From positions 370,140,001 to 370,204,000 of the forward strand of contig NW_027362768.1 of the NCBI RefSeq assembly GCF_046119375.1: 64,000 nt of DNA. The letters are read 5' to 3'. The translations under genes were made by a program, and so were the position numbers. Below the pieces are notes generated by a model that was not told where the DNA came from, ran no database searches, and saw only the letters and a list, made by a program, of their open reading frames with translations. This DNA comes from Phyllobates terribilis. Taxonomy: Eukaryota. Shown piece by piece: positions 63,721 through 64,000 of this stretch; position 1 is the first letter of the stretch, and each line of letters begins with the position of its first letter.

Positions 63721-64000
63721 TATACATTTTATTAGAAAACAATATATTTTAAAAAAAGCTAAACAATTCTACAATCTGTAGAAGAAAAACATCAATCACA
63801 TGCACCAAATAATAGAAATCAAAGTCTTTAAAAAAAAATAAACAGAAAAAGTGGTAGCAGGGTTAACCCCTTGCACCCTGCACAGGAGGAGAAGTGCTCT
63901 GTCTCTGGATCGGAAGAGTCAAAAATGGAAAAAAAAAAAAAAAAAATAGTAACAAAGTATCAAGTTCATCCTGGAAGATAAACAAATAGAAGGCGAGGAG

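Overview
Vertebrate genomic DNA, most probably a frog (inferred from the protein sequences and the repeat landscape). There are three host genes, all on the + strand. COPG1 is complete: 24 coding exons at 15420-26618 assemble by hand into 874 aa. HMCES has 6 coding exons at 38903-51961 giving 336 aa, and two of its introns appear to use GC donors. A solitary histone H2A gene (53584-53964, 126 aa) has an H2A.X-like core, no SQ tail, a probable 5'-UTR intron and no visible histone stem-loop. The rest is dense, nested repeat DNA: a near-complete DIRS1-type tyrosine-recombinase retroelement, Tc1-like transposons with DD34E, DD38E and DD35E spacing, a fold-back Tc1 derivative whose two arms carry the same 32-bp minisatellite in opposite orientation, a broken chromodomain Gypsy element with further elements nested in it, hAT and Harbinger MITEs, and more than ten tandem arrays. 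No CRISPR array, rRNA or tRNA was recognised. Most long ORFs in the ORF track that are not listed below are tandem-repeat artefacts. I cannot establish a new biological system from sequence alone; the best candidates for a second look are the orphan H2A, the fold-back Tc1 and the double GC-AG splicing of HMCES. All coordinates were counted by hand, and repeat boundaries are approximate.
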